Source of the DNA: Catajapyx aquilonaris
Taxonomy: Eukaryota
Assembly: GCA_000934665.2 (NCBI GenBank)
Contig: KZ537960.1
Coordinates: 62,001 to 126,000, forward strand
DNA: 64,000 nucleotides
Direction of reading: 5' to 3'
Shown: positions 25,901 to 37,754 of the stretch, piece after piece
Numbering within the stretch: position 1 is the stretch's first letter
Layout of the letters: each line of letters begins with the position of its first letter
The notes under the pieces: generated by a model
What the model was told of the DNA's origin: nothing
Databases searched by the model: none
What the model saw: only the letters and a program-made list of their open reading frames with translations
Position numbers and translations under genes: made by a program

Positions 25901-28900
25901 TGCAAAAGTCTCAGAAAAAAAAAATGTCTACATGGCAGCACTTGTGTCCTTCCTCACTTTCCACAGCATGAGCTCCAGGCAGGCACGTGCATCCTCTAGG
26001 CTGTCATGTCCGCCGCCTTCAGTGTCCTGCTGAATATTCCTCCTCAACACTGAGTACACAACGGACTTAAGTGACCGCCGATATGGTAGTCCGTAAAAGT
26101 GTGGAAAGACTACCGAGGTGTCCACTACTGTTGGATGCACCATCCTCAGTGCCCGCAAGTCATTCTCCAGACCATGGCCAACCAGAACTGTATCTCTCGA
26201 GATGAAATCTAGCAGATCACGCTGTACCTCCCGCAGGGTCTTTCGGGCACAGGACAGCTCAGCGGCAGTGATCCCTGAGAACCTAGTGTTGTAATCCACA
26301 ATCTCGCCTTCAGGCTGCACTAGCGTGTCATACACTAGCCGTCCATCAGCCGCTACAAGTGTGGCTTTGACTACCTCCATTCCACGTGTGGTGTAGCACA
26401 TTTCACAGTCCATCGCATAGACTCTATTTGAGTCACGTGATGATGTCTTCACATAACCTTCGTATGGCCCATTCATCCCCGGTCCAACACCGCTCCACAC
26501 ATGTGACGCGGCAATGGTGCACCCAGGTGTATCCTTCCGCTCTCCACAGCACCCGTACACCATTGCAGTAGTAGTCTTTGTCGTCACGCGATGTAGCTTG
26601 CCCCAGTGATACGTGCATGTCTCTGAGGCCACATACTCTCCCCCACTACGCACCTTAAACCCAGAACCGCACCGCACACATTTTTTGGTGTCCTCCTCTA
26701 CCTTGGTGTTACCGTTCATGTCTGGTGTAGGTGAAAACTTCCCATCAATTGCTTTGTACACAACAGCCTTGCCAGGTTGAAGAGTGCTCTCCACAGGGTA
26801 GCCAAGAGCTAGGAGCTGCTCTGGAGGCAGCGCATATGCTTTCATCCAGGCGTACAAACCCTCTTCACTCATCCGCAACCGCTGGAACTGACGCCACACT
26901 GAATTGGCATTGCGTCGCTGTGCACTGTTTTCCTTGTTGCTGCGCTGAGGGCGTGGCCGGTTTGGCTTCAGAAACCCTTGCTGGAGAATCGGCTGGTTGT
27001 TCATCAAGGGCGTGAGTGTGAATGGTGATGACATGTCAGCAAACTGTGGCTCGGCACCTCCAGGGTCTATTTCCTCCATGTCTTGAACACCGTTGGGAAA
27101 AGCAAATGGGACCCGACACGGGTGTGCAGACCACTTTTGCGCCGAGTTGGCTACTGTTCCTTAAGAATAACAGTGGCCAGTTACTGATCTGTGTCGGGTG
27201 CTACAGTTCCCCACTCCCCAAACCAACATGCACAGGAATTGTAAGTCAACCCTGCCACCACCATGAGCTTATATGCAGTCATGCAGCTGTCTAGGAACAG
27301 GGGAGCCCCATTGATGTGCTTATCAACTTCCCAGGAAACTACTCACAACTATTGAGTCAGCCCACTACTTCCTAGACAGCACTTCCTCATCATGAGGTCA
27401 GACCCAGTATGATGTAATCCCCCAGTTGCTAGTAATCAGCTATGCCTCATCAATTCCCTTGTAAGTAGAATTTGTAGTGGGATTATAGGAATCAAGGTGG
27501 GTCTGTTATCAGTAGTATTACACCCATGCAGGATAGCGAGAATTTAGTGACACTCAAGCCCTGCAGTATTGGAAATGATCAAACATTTAAAGCGCCTGAA
27601 AATGCCCCACACATTTATGGTACTGATCACTTCAGAACTACAGGATCCAAGCAACACTAAATCCGCATGAAGCTTTCCAGTAAGTCACTCACCTTCAGAA
27701 CAAGTGGCAAGGTATTTCCCATTGCTGCTAAGGTCCATGTCCAGGATCCGCTCAGTGTGTCCCTTCAGGGAGGTGGCCAACCACGCATGGGAGAAGTTGT
27801 CCTTGTTTTCCTTGCTGCCTTTCCCAGGGAGCTGCTTCTTCTTGGCCTTTCCTGCTTTGGTCGGTGCAGGCTCAGGCACATCCTCTGTTTTCCGCTTCTT
27901 GCCTCCTTAAATAATCAGAATATGTGCTGTGATTATAAGGAACAAGACACATCAATGCCTACAACAATTATTAACAATATGATTCCATCAATGAATCAGA
28001 CTTTCTGGACTCTGGAGAATGTACACCTTGCCTATAATGTGGCTATGATAAACAGGGACTCATGAATGACAAAAGGTACATTTTACTAACACTCTTACAA
28101 GGGCTACTTATTCTTACACTTGTGCAAGGGTACAGTTTATTGACAAGTGATGTATTGAATGTGCTTCTTTATACCCAAAACAACACTTGGCGTTTGGTAC
28201 TGAATACAACAAATTGCAAATATCAAGCTCATACAAATGGTTTCTCCATATGCATGGCAGCAATGCCATGAAGTACAAAAACCTGCTTTCATAAACACAG
28301 CAATACAGCAGCTGCCATTTCTTGCAGCTGCTGTCAGAATTGCGGTACCCTCCTTTGTGGCTGATGTCACCTTTGCTCCCATTGTTACTGTGACTTGCTT
28401 AGGCAGGGTTGTACCACAATGGGTTTTACTTGAAATCCTGGGGTTAACCCTGTTATTAACTGCTCTCTGACAAATAATAACAATGGTAATCCCGAGGGTT
28501 TAACAAGTTACAACACCATGCCATAAAAAGCGAGGCAACCTAAGCATCTACCTGGGTAATTATTGTTGTTGGGTGAATTCTCAAGTTCAGTATAATCTGA
28601 TAAGGATCCTCTGGAAACATGCCTTCACTTCAACTGTTAAGGATATCCAGACTGTGCCAGAAATAGTTTCTTTTTCAGATTTGCATGCACATATGCACTA
28701 ACAAAGACGGATGGTGACTCATCCCATTTTCCTTATTTCCATCCACACTCTGTTCCCAGTAGATGGTTGGTAAAAATATCGCTTATATTCCTGGTACCAC
28801 TACTTTGTAAGAACACATGATTCAAATATAGCTACAACAGGCGCATTTAAATTTGTAATAAAGGCCACTAAGGTCTGGTAATATCCACTCTCCTTTAGCA

Positions 28901-30833
28901 GTAATTATTTAACTCGGAATACAGAAGTAGGTTCAAAAGCCCAGGGACCAGCCAGACGCCACTTTAAAAATCCATCTACTGAACAAGCATCCACATTAAT
29001 TTTTCATTCCACTACCAGTCGAGATGCAAATGTTCAACTTTGTATTATTTCACATTCCCATACTTAATGTCCTAACTAGGATGTATGTTGAGAGTCCCTT
29101 TGGGTTTGACAATAATAACAGTGTGTATACTGTACACTGCCTTGTTTACACACATGTCAAGGGCTCATTGTGAGTCACACTGCATTGGGTATTTTTCTGA
29201 AACACCTGCACACACATGTGAGGATGGTGTGACTGGAATGGAATCACAAGTGTCATTGTGCTGCCTTCCTCTTTGGCGCATATCCTCCTGCATCAATAGC
29301 CGAGAGGAATTTCCACCACGTGAGACATCAAGTGCGTGAACTCTTGGAACTGCCCTTCACAAAATGTGTGAGAAGTGGGGAAGGCTGAACCATATGCCTA
29401 CTTTGCAATGATGCAGCCTACCCATAGCCTTGACATAACTTTGGCTACACGTTCTTTCAGGAAACTGCCTTAAAAAACTTTTGCACCACATCCCTTCCAC
29501 TTGATACCCAGTGTTTGGAGGGGAAGGAAAATTTATCTATGTACTATCCTGGGGGTGGATTCGTCAAATGTCGTAAGTCAAATTTTCTCGTCAAGTTAAT
29601 TATTAGTAACTATGGTTACTACTGGTTACGACGAAGATTTACAACATTTGATGAATCCATCCCCTGGTCAGAATGATCCAGATACGATTAATACAACTAG
29701 TTGTCCCGATATTTTTTGTGATGTCAGCAATGTGCGCAATTTCGTCACATATGAGGTCTAATTAACATATTACAATGATTATGTAATCAGTAGCACCATG
29801 TCAATCTTGGTGCCATCACTTGAGAAAATAAATGATGGGCAGCGTAAGGAAAAGTGGGTTAAACCTGGAACCGTGACGTCCCTGAAAGTTACGACAACTG
29901 TGACGTGTGGTCTGTTAGGACCCCATCCATATTTTTATTTTTATTAACTTTTATATAAGACTTTTCAATGTATTGACTATATGCAATCATTCTTCGAACA
30001 ATGCCTAAAATGATGGCTAATTCAAAAATAAACAAGAACTTCCTGTTATATACTTTTTTAAATGGCAAAAGTTCATTGTAATTATCATCTTAATGCATTT
30101 TAATTCCTTTGGGGTCCTAAAAGCCTCCACGTCACGGTTCCAGGGTTAAACATTTTACATGTCTCAGAAATGAATGACAGATTTGTATGTCAAAGCCAAT
30201 GTGAGAAGTTGTCAAGATTTCCATTGGTTCAAAGCTGCAAAGTTAAATACAAGTGTTAAATAGTCAAGTCTGCTTCTCTCCAACACACAAAATCTCTCAA
30301 TTTTCAATTGTACGCTGTCATGTCTGGATCCAACATGCCTTGAGAACTTCAGATTCGTCGCCACATGCCCACAACTCCTATTAGGCAAATGTGCAACCCT
30401 CCAGTGTTAAATTAAATTACATTTTAAAAGGGCAAGTGTCCAATCACTTGTTGCTTGAGCACATATCTGACACAACCCCCCCATTTCAAACTGGACATCA
30501 CCCATCCGGCCACAACCAAATCCATCCATTCTAATGCCCTGCTTTGTTACCAATATCTACATGTCCTGTGGCATGGGACATGCGGTGTCCCCCTCCCAGC
30601 CAGTATGTCTCCTCACCTTGCTTGTTGTTGGCTGTGTTGGCGTCCCCCGCTCCCTGTCCCCTCTTCCCTTTCTTCCCTCTGAGCAGCCCCTTCGCCGATG
30701 CTCCCAGTGCGAGTCTGACCGCCCAGACGACGAATATGATGGCAATCCCCCCGAACAGTGAGACCACCAGAGCCAGGTTTCCCTCTGACTCACTCCGTAC
30801 CGCGAAACCAGCGTGACTCGACTCGGACTCCAT
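22956..30833 (-). CDS. TBL2: Transducin beta-like protein 2 (N-terminal membrane anchor, WD40 repeats), 7 exons
   Basis: Exon 1 (30833-30617) has a hydrophobic segment then a basic stretch. Exon 2 (27905-27693) FSHAWLATSLKGHTERILDMDLSSNGKYLATCSE. Exon 3 from 24770 DRSILIWSTKDF...DHATKVKWHPDG. Later exons GFTPDVKVFKV, KAFDLKGHNSGV, VEFEKGQDPYLL, GDKHVRVFHNVTGY plus a C-terminal coiled coil. Confidence 0.92.
25928..27079 (-). CDS. Intronless REXO1/GOR-like DEDDh 3'-5' exonuclease nested in TBL2 intron 2
   Basis: 383-aa uninterrupted ORF. Cys/His region CVRCG...CTYHWGK...YGCCG...GC...HVW. Exonuclease motifs VYAMDCEMCYT, IVDYNTRFSGIT, LVGHGLENDLRAL, VVDTSVVFPH, GHDSLEDARAC. Confidence 0.93.
   Translation of the reverse strand: MEEIDPGGAEPQFADMSSPFTLTPLMNNQPILQQGFLKPNRPRPQRSNKENSAQRRNANSVWRQFQRLRMSEEGLYAWMKAYALPPEQLLALGYPVESTLQPGKAVVYKAIDGKFSPTPDMNGNTKVEEDTKKCVRCGSGFKVRSGGEYVASETCTYHWGKLHRVTTKTTTAMVYGCCGERKDTPGCTIAASHVWSGVGPGMNGPYEGYVKTSSRDSNRVYAMDCEMCYTTRGMEVVKATLVAADGRLVYDTLVQPEGEIVDYNTRFSGITAAELSCARKTLREVQRDLLDFISRDTVLVGHGLENDLRALRMVHPTVVDTSVVFPHFYGLPYRRSLKSVVYSVLRRNIQQDTEGGGHDSLEDARACLELMLWKVRKDTSAAM
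29551..29664. mobile_element. Small MITE (~115 bp) with ~26-bp TIRs and CTG duplication, Harbinger-like
   Basis: cctgGGGGTGGATTCGTCAAATGTCGTAA pairs with TTACAACATTTGATGAATCCATCCCctgg. Located in TBL2 intron 1. Confidence 0.7.
29863..30145. mobile_element. piggyBac-like MITE flanked by TTAA
   Basis: TTAA(29859-62)-ACCTGGAACCGTGACGT ... ACGTCACGGTTCCAGGG-TTAA(30146-49). Sub-terminal inverted repeat ttaggacccca / tggggtcctaa. Confidence 0.82.
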
Positions 30834-31143
30834 GCTTGTTGGCCTGGCCCAGTCCTGTGCCTTCCTTCCCCAGGTTGCGGTGGTGGGGGTCCGGCTCCCC
30901 CTCCTTGTCTACTTGTCTTCTCCCTCCTTCTCTAGGGCGTCATGGGGGTGAGGGGAGGGCAGCACAAACACCACGCGCGCAACTCCCTCCAACTCACTCT
31001 CTTCCTCACTACTGCCTAACATCGCCACATCAAGGCGCTGATACCCACTCATCACTACCATACCGTATACGACCGTGCTCAAATACGGTCATTGCCAGAT
31101 TTTTATTATATTTTAATTTTTTGGCAAAGGTGCGTCACAGTGT

Positions 31144-31173
31144 GCGCGGGAAGCGGGTATGACTTGGCGCGAA
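31144..31173. promoter_or_regulatory. Possible E2F-like sites upstream of TBL2
   Basis: gcgcgggaa (31144) and ttggcgcgaa (31164) lie in a CpG-containing stretch ~300 bp upstream of the TBL2 ATG. Short motifs, so the match may be chance. Confidence 0.3.
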
Positions 31174-32359
31174 TTTGACCTTCAGGTTGGGGGAGCGCAT
31201 TGGCTCACTTGGCCTGAAGCCATGACTGCCACAGATCAGGGGATGTTTTATTTATGACAGACAGTTCAGATACCCTTTGGAGTAATTTTCAGGGCATGTG
31301 TAAAGAGAGCAGGTGATTTGCCATTGCAACAAGGACTTCACATATATCTCTACATAATAAGCTTATTCGACCGAATATCAAAGGTGTAGTGGGCTCGATA
31401 CCCACATCCATTTACAAGTTAAATTAATATTTCACGCAGCACAAATAAGACAGTTCCTGTTAGACATTGGTTCTTTAATTTTAAAATGTTTAAACTAGTT
31501 TTTGGGATGAAGTTGACTTTAAGCTGGCTGTGGTTATCAAAAGTATTACTTGGAATTACAGTATTTGGTTACTTGGATGCTTCCATTTGAATACCTGAAA
31601 GGGAGATCTGGCATGAAAATAATGGGTTGACATGCCTGTCAATGACTGGAGTTCCAATTGATAATTTCTAATCCAAACTGCAATTAGAGAGATGATCGAG
31701 ATGATTCAGTTCAGCTTAATATTGACAGCAGATACTTTTGATAGCCACTAAACTGAACTGTTCCAAAATAACTGTTTAAAAATTGGCAGCAAAAGAATTT
31801 CAATTGCAACACACACCTCTATTGCGACCTCTGTTGTGACTGTCAGTCAATACATACAAATATTGATTCAATCGCCCCACTTATAAAACTAAACTTTTCG
31901 CACTGTGTAATGCAGGGAGCTACCCAATGCAATGCAACAATGTGTGCAATCTACTTCAGGTGTGCACATAAATCTCAACTTCGGCATAAATACCACAAAG
32001 CCGTACTACACTTCTAGCAACTGTTAGAATATAGAGCAGTCTCCCTCACTCCATGTCAGTAAAATAGTTTCAATGTCACTAACATTGTGAGTGTACAAGA
32101 TGAGCCACTTCTCAGGAACATCCAGCTTCCACAGCAATGCTCAATGATAAACTAAAGACTACAAAGCCACTCTGCACTTTCCCAGCACCCAAAATACTTG
32201 CCTTCAGGAGTTCAGGTTATGCAAGAGCAGTGAATAAGGCAATACCCCAGTAGGTGAATGAACACACTTGGAGTTTATTTTTGAGCAGTCTCCTTATTAT
32301 AACCTTCACCCTGAACACGTGCAGGATTTTGACTTTTACAAAGTTTTGCTTGCTAGAGT

Positions 32360-33869
32360 TCAAAAATCATTCCTTTGTCTCTTGTGGGGTGGTGAACCAT
32401 GACCATAAATGCCATTAACTTGGCTAATGACTTGGTCCCTGATCCCATCAGTAGTAATCTGAAAATACAAATATGCTGCATTGTCATTCAGCTCCACAAC
32501 TATAAGTAATTATCTGACTATACTAGCAGTGTAAAATAAAAGTAATATGGGAAGTTGGATGGACAAATTATATGACAGTACACATTATGATGCATGCTTT
32601 GAATCTTCACTCCATGATGCATCTACCTGAAATGGGGCTGTAGCTACTGGACGATGTATTGCTTTCATCAATCTTGCATATCTTTGAGACCTGTCAGAGA
32701 AGAGCAGCAATCGTATGTTGCACCCATGACCCCAACTCTCCCCAAGGGCAGGAACCAACTGTGATTCTTTTTCATCAAGCCAAGTGGTCATCTGATTGGT
32801 GATCACCATAGCTAGTTTGTACTTGTCTGCCAGTTGAACCATGTCTTGGACCATTCCGCTTAATATTCGGGTTCGTCGTGACGTATTCTCACCATTGTGG
32901 CGGAAGTGAACTGCAATGCTGTCAATCACAATGAGACGGACCTGATTGTGGGAGGCCAAAAAGTCTTCCAATACGTTGATTACAGCCAGTAATTGACTGC
33001 AATCCCTGCAACCAAAGTAGTAGACATGGGACAAGACTGACTCTGTTGTGAAATTATTCACGTCACCCATGTCTGCCATTGTTTCTTCACAATGTTTCAC
33101 GCATCCAGCAGCAATTTCTAGGGAGAGTCAAGAATGGTTGAATAAATGAAATATTCTCCACTGTTTGTGGCAACCTACCTTCCAGTCGACGCATAGTGCA
33201 ACTTCCCTCGCAATCTATCAATATTGCCTCCCCTTCCACTCCTCCAAATTTCGCTGGGATCTGCACATCAACACAGAGCTGTAAGCTAAAAATTACAGTA
33301 GTAGCACAAATTATAAGGAACTGTAATGTTTCATAAATTTTACCACATCTGTGTCTTTCCTATTCCAGGTGGTCCACATATCTCAGTTATCTTCCCCAAG
33401 GGAATACCACCTCCTAATATGTTGTCAATTCCCTCACAAAATGTGACAATGCTAGGTAGATCCCTCTCCTCCTGCAAATACACATGACATATAGGCATTA
33501 TAAAATGTAGCACACTCGTGGTGGAAGAGAACTGTTAAAGAGGAAAACAAAGACCACAAATAGTATGGCAATATACCTGGACCAATTGAAGAAGAGTCAC
33601 TAGCTCCACTACTTCACTGCTTTTTTCTGCCTTTGGAAACACCCCATCGAGAACGTCTAATGCCTCTGCTGCTGAGATGGAGGACACTGAAATAATATTT
33701 ACATGCAGATATGAAACTGTGATGGGGATTCAATATTTCAAGTGTCACCTTTACTGAGATCGTGTGGTGTCAGTCCATCCAAATCTTCAACTGTAATAAA
33801 TCCAGCATCATGTAATTTATCTTGTATATCAGGCGGTATGGGGCAAGTGGTGAGCTTTCTGAACATCAT
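32360..33869 (-). CDS. RAD51C: DNA repair protein RAD51 homolog 3 (RAD51C), 6 exons
   Basis: [90 protein letters not shown] (Walker A), [10 protein letters not shown] (Walker B), [27 protein letters not shown]. Exons ~33869-33749, 33686-33577, 33471-33344, 33286-33179, 33117-32627, 32458-32360. Confidence 0.95.
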
Positions 33870-35749
33870 CTGCTCAAGTAGAGTCTGCAAGAAAGCCTCA
33901 AAATTACTTCAGGAGTCAGTGCTAACAAATAAACTTGTCATTGTGATGTTTGCCACTTCCAAACAATTATTACAATTAAATTTGTTCAATACTGAATAAT
34001 TTATGGTCACGATTTATTTTGGCCATTGGGCAGACACGTGGGCGGTCCGGTGGACACCCAGTGGCCTTCCTGACAGAGGGGAAATCCCTCGCGCCATCGT
34101 AACGCAGATCATCACGCCCACTCTTATCTGCCAGCGAGCAGCAAGCGACCAAGGCGGTGCCGAGACCCTTCCAGTCCCCGACAAAACCCAGCAGTGTCTT
34201 CTCCCAAGGAGTACCAAGGTATAATGTACACGTACGTGTATGACCGTCAGCAGGACAGGTAATCATTAGCAGGAGTCCATCCAAGGCAAGATCCGCCAAA
34301 TTTGCACGGAGGGTCAGCTGTGCCGTGACGTCATCCCACAATATTCAAATCAGTTTGTTTCCCCATGGCCATCGACAGGTTTATATCTCAAAACAGGTCC
34401 CTGAGCGCAAGAACTAAATTTAGAAATAAGTCGCATTGAGCAAGGTGAATAGATACGTGTGCGGGTGGGAATGCACCCGCCGCATTGCCAAATCCCTCCT
34501 TTTTCTCTACCGCCATTTGAATGGATTGCTGGCAACCCCGCCTGTACCTCCCCCCTCCCCCTCCCATCCTGGGGAGCCCTTCTCCTACTCTATAGCCAAG
34601 GAGAACGATTATTTTGTTTGGATGATCCCCGGATAACAACGCACAAATCGTTCCGGGGTGGGCTTGAAGGGAAGGAAGGGGTGATCCATTGATTGATCTG
34701 GTTGCCGGCTGGGCAGGGCTGGGCAGGGAATGGCTCCTTCAAGGGTGGGAGGTCGCTGACTGCCCCCCATACAACCATCGTCCTTTGGGTGAATCTAGCC
34801 CGTGGCCCCCAGGAACCAGCTCGTCGTGATTTACTCCTGCAGCTGCTGCACAACATACTCCAGGTGAATCTTGAACGTTGCTTGTTTAGTATGGTCCATT
34901 TGACTCCCAGTGGCTGTTTGACCAGCTGGTATTGGGCAGATGGGTGGTGCACAGGAGTGCATTTGGACACTTCATTTTGCAATTACATGCATGGCTGAAC
35001 ATATGGGTACTCGGCACTTATTACAATAAAACATGTAACTGCCACCAGCATGACTACTAATTTTCAGCCGTTGATTAATATTAGATGTCAATATCAATGC
35101 CATTAACAGCATTATAGTATAGTGGCCTTTGGAGCCATGAGCAGGCTTTCCTGGTGTGATAAGGACGAGATAGCTAGACCCAACGCAAGGGGAAGGCTAC
35201 TGCATTGCTGCAGTGTTCTCGAAAATTTATGATATTGATAGTGTGCCTAACCAAAGAGGGTCTACATTAGGATTGGTTTACATTCACAACTAAAGGATGG
35301 AAACTATTTGTGCCAAGTAGCCCAAGGTTGTGGCTGGAGATTTGTTGCTTTGCTGCTGCTGCTGCTTCAGGTAATATGAGTCGTGAATGTAAGGGGTGCA
35401 TTTCAAAGGGGAGCCGGAAAAAAGTATCTAGTTTGTTCGAGAAGTAGTAGTGTATCCAAAGTTTTTTTTGTCTGATCATTTTCCTACCACACGATATGCG
35501 AGCAGCCCCATCGTCTCCAACTGGAAAGTTCTGCACGCTTCTCAGGTGGTTCTAGGCAGATGACTCAGATCCTGAGACTACAAATTCACCAGTAAGATGT
35601 GACTTTCCTGTCAGTAAGGATTGTGTGCGATTTTTATAATACAGTAAGCATTGATGCTGCAACATACTGTGGTGTAAGGGATTTCCATGCACAGACATCT
35701 GCTGCTTTGCATTGTCTATCGTATTTTTGCCAGGCAAGGATGTCATTTT

Positions 35750-35777
35750 CACTTCCGCCCTCCTCACTTCCGCCCTC
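35750..35777. promoter_or_regulatory. Tandem ETS-like motif (cacttccgccctc x2) between divergent RAD51C and TRAFD1-like genes
   Basis: Direct repeat containing ACTTCCG twice. A palindromic TGACGTCA also occurs at 34326-34333. Function unverified. Confidence 0.3.
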
Positions 35778-36293
35778 TTATCTCATACCAGATCTGATAA
35801 GGGATTTATATTGTTAATTTCACATTAGGACACAGAATCTATTTAAATTAATAAAGAATAATGATCATCTAAGAGTTTTTATGAAGTAGTCAGTAAAATT
35901 GGACTGAAAGAAGTTTCATGTTAATGAATCAGTTGGGGATATTTTTTCACAAAAAATTCATGTATGGGATATGGTAAAAATATAGGAGGGGGAGAAACGT
36001 GTGACAATGCAAAGCAGTGGATATCTGAAGCAGTAGGTCGCAGCATCCTTGTTAACTGTAATAATAAATTTTGCACATTTTGTGCTAATACATTTGTTAT
36101 AACACAGTTGCCATACAAATATCTCTCTATCCATTCTCTAGGAATACTAAAGATATGTAGAGTTTTCGGTCTCCAGAGGTTTTACTCCAATGAATTAAGT
36201 TTTGGTGTGCAGGGTCATGACACTCATGAGAAGGATCTTAAAGACAAAATTCCAGCTTATGGCACAGTTACTGCACTGATATGCAAATTGTAC

Positions 36294-36595
36294 CGAAGCA
36301 GTTTGGTGGAGTGGATAAGATGTTCGACTGCTAATCGGGAGGTTCCTGGGTTTGAGTCCTGGGGTCGGCAATCCTTACCATGGTTTTCTGGGGTTTCCTA
36401 CGGTCACCCCAGGAGAATTCCGGGATTGCTCCCTAAATAGGCCACAGCCGCTTCCTTCCGTCCCTATCCTATCCCAAAAAGCAAAGTAAAAATGAAAGCA
36501 AAGAGTCCCAGTCAAAACGAAATTGGGGTGAACTCCCCCCCTAAAGAGCCGCCATCTGATAATGGGGTATGAATTATTAATTATTAATTATAATT
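36294..36595 (+). mobile_element. tRNA-derived SINE with 15-bp target-site duplication
   Basis: A box TGGTGGAGTGG, anticodon-arm-like tcgaCTGCTAAtcgg, B box GTTTGAGTCC, a non-tRNA body and an AT-rich (TAATTAT) tail. Flanked by identical atatgcaaattgtac at 36279-36293 and 36596-36610. Confidence 0.92.
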
Positions 36596-37754
36596 ATATG
36601 CAAATTGTACTTGGACTGAAACTACCAAGCATCCTGTGAAGTGACTACCATGTATTGCTACGTAATTAGCAGAAGTTTTAGCACTAGACCATAAAAACAA
36701 TGTAGGAAATATTGTATACTGTAGTCAAGCCAACGAGTCAAGCGCTCCTTTCATCCTGATTGCTGCTAATAAAACATACACTAATTCCAAAAATTTAACT
36801 CCATTTTGCTAACACTAGCCATAAAGTATGACTGTTTTGAATGAGGGATGTTAGCTGTATTTCCTCACATACAACCAACTGGGAAAATAGCGTGAATCAG
36901 CGGAAGAAGTCACGTAGCTGCTGTGGTGTAAAATGCATTTCATGGGCATCACTCCCAAATTAACATCCTGATCTCTGTCTACGCAGTCCATCTAGTGGCA
37001 GAATCAGGAATTACAGCTTCCTAGAGTAAGAGGGAACTGCGTGTCACAAATGAAAATGTTTTGAACTTCTTACATTTGTATTTTTAGCAATGACTATTAT
37101 TATTGATACAGTTTTCAAGTGCATGTTTTGTCGAAGTTTCAAAACGTGTTGTTCACAACATACTTAACCTCTCTAGGAATTTTTTGCTTGCTTTATTGAA
37201 GCTGAACTGGCGAAATGGTATGATTAGATTAAAATTAGATTGTCTTATTTCTTATTATAATTATCAGCTACCAGCTAACAAGGCAAATGATTGTCTGAGG
37301 TGTACGCATGAAGCTTGGTTTGCTCTGGATGTGGCGGTTTGCCATCTGTACTGGACATAAGCCAGTCTTTTTTTTTCACTCCTTTTGAAACCAAAAGGGT
37401 AAAGAAAAAAAAGGTAGAGAAGGTGAGGAGGTGGGGTGAAAACAAAACTCGGCAAAAAAGATCATGGGGTTTTTATCCTCTGTCAGAGACATTTCCGGGA
37501 CTGGGAGGAGTAGGCCTCTCTTTGGAGTGGAAATTGAGCCACTTGGGACCGAAACATTGGTTGTAAACGTGGTTTTAGTGGGGGAGAAACTTCTGGCGAG
37601 TGTCCCATCTGAATTACTATTTTTGTTGGGTTCTGGGTCACTGGCATCTGCGAAAAATGGTGGGTGGTTCCTTGTCTGTGTACACAGTGCCTCTAGAAAC
37701 AATGCATAACAGTGAAATTCATTCCAGGGTCACAGGGGAACCAAGGTGAAGAAA

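Noticed and set aside
14794..33869. drosha + exonuclease + RAD51C as a functional nucleic-acid-processing cluster
   Set aside because: These are conserved, unrelated eukaryotic genes in mixed orientation. Proximity alone is not evidence of a shared system.
33976..34998. Cluster of 60-130 aa ORFs upstream of RAD51C
   Set aside because: No recognisable motifs or consistent splice structure. More likely promoter/UTR or decayed repeat.
36297..36370. tRNA-like sequence as a functional tRNA gene
   Set aside because: The B box and stems are degenerate, and it continues into a SINE body with tail and TSD.
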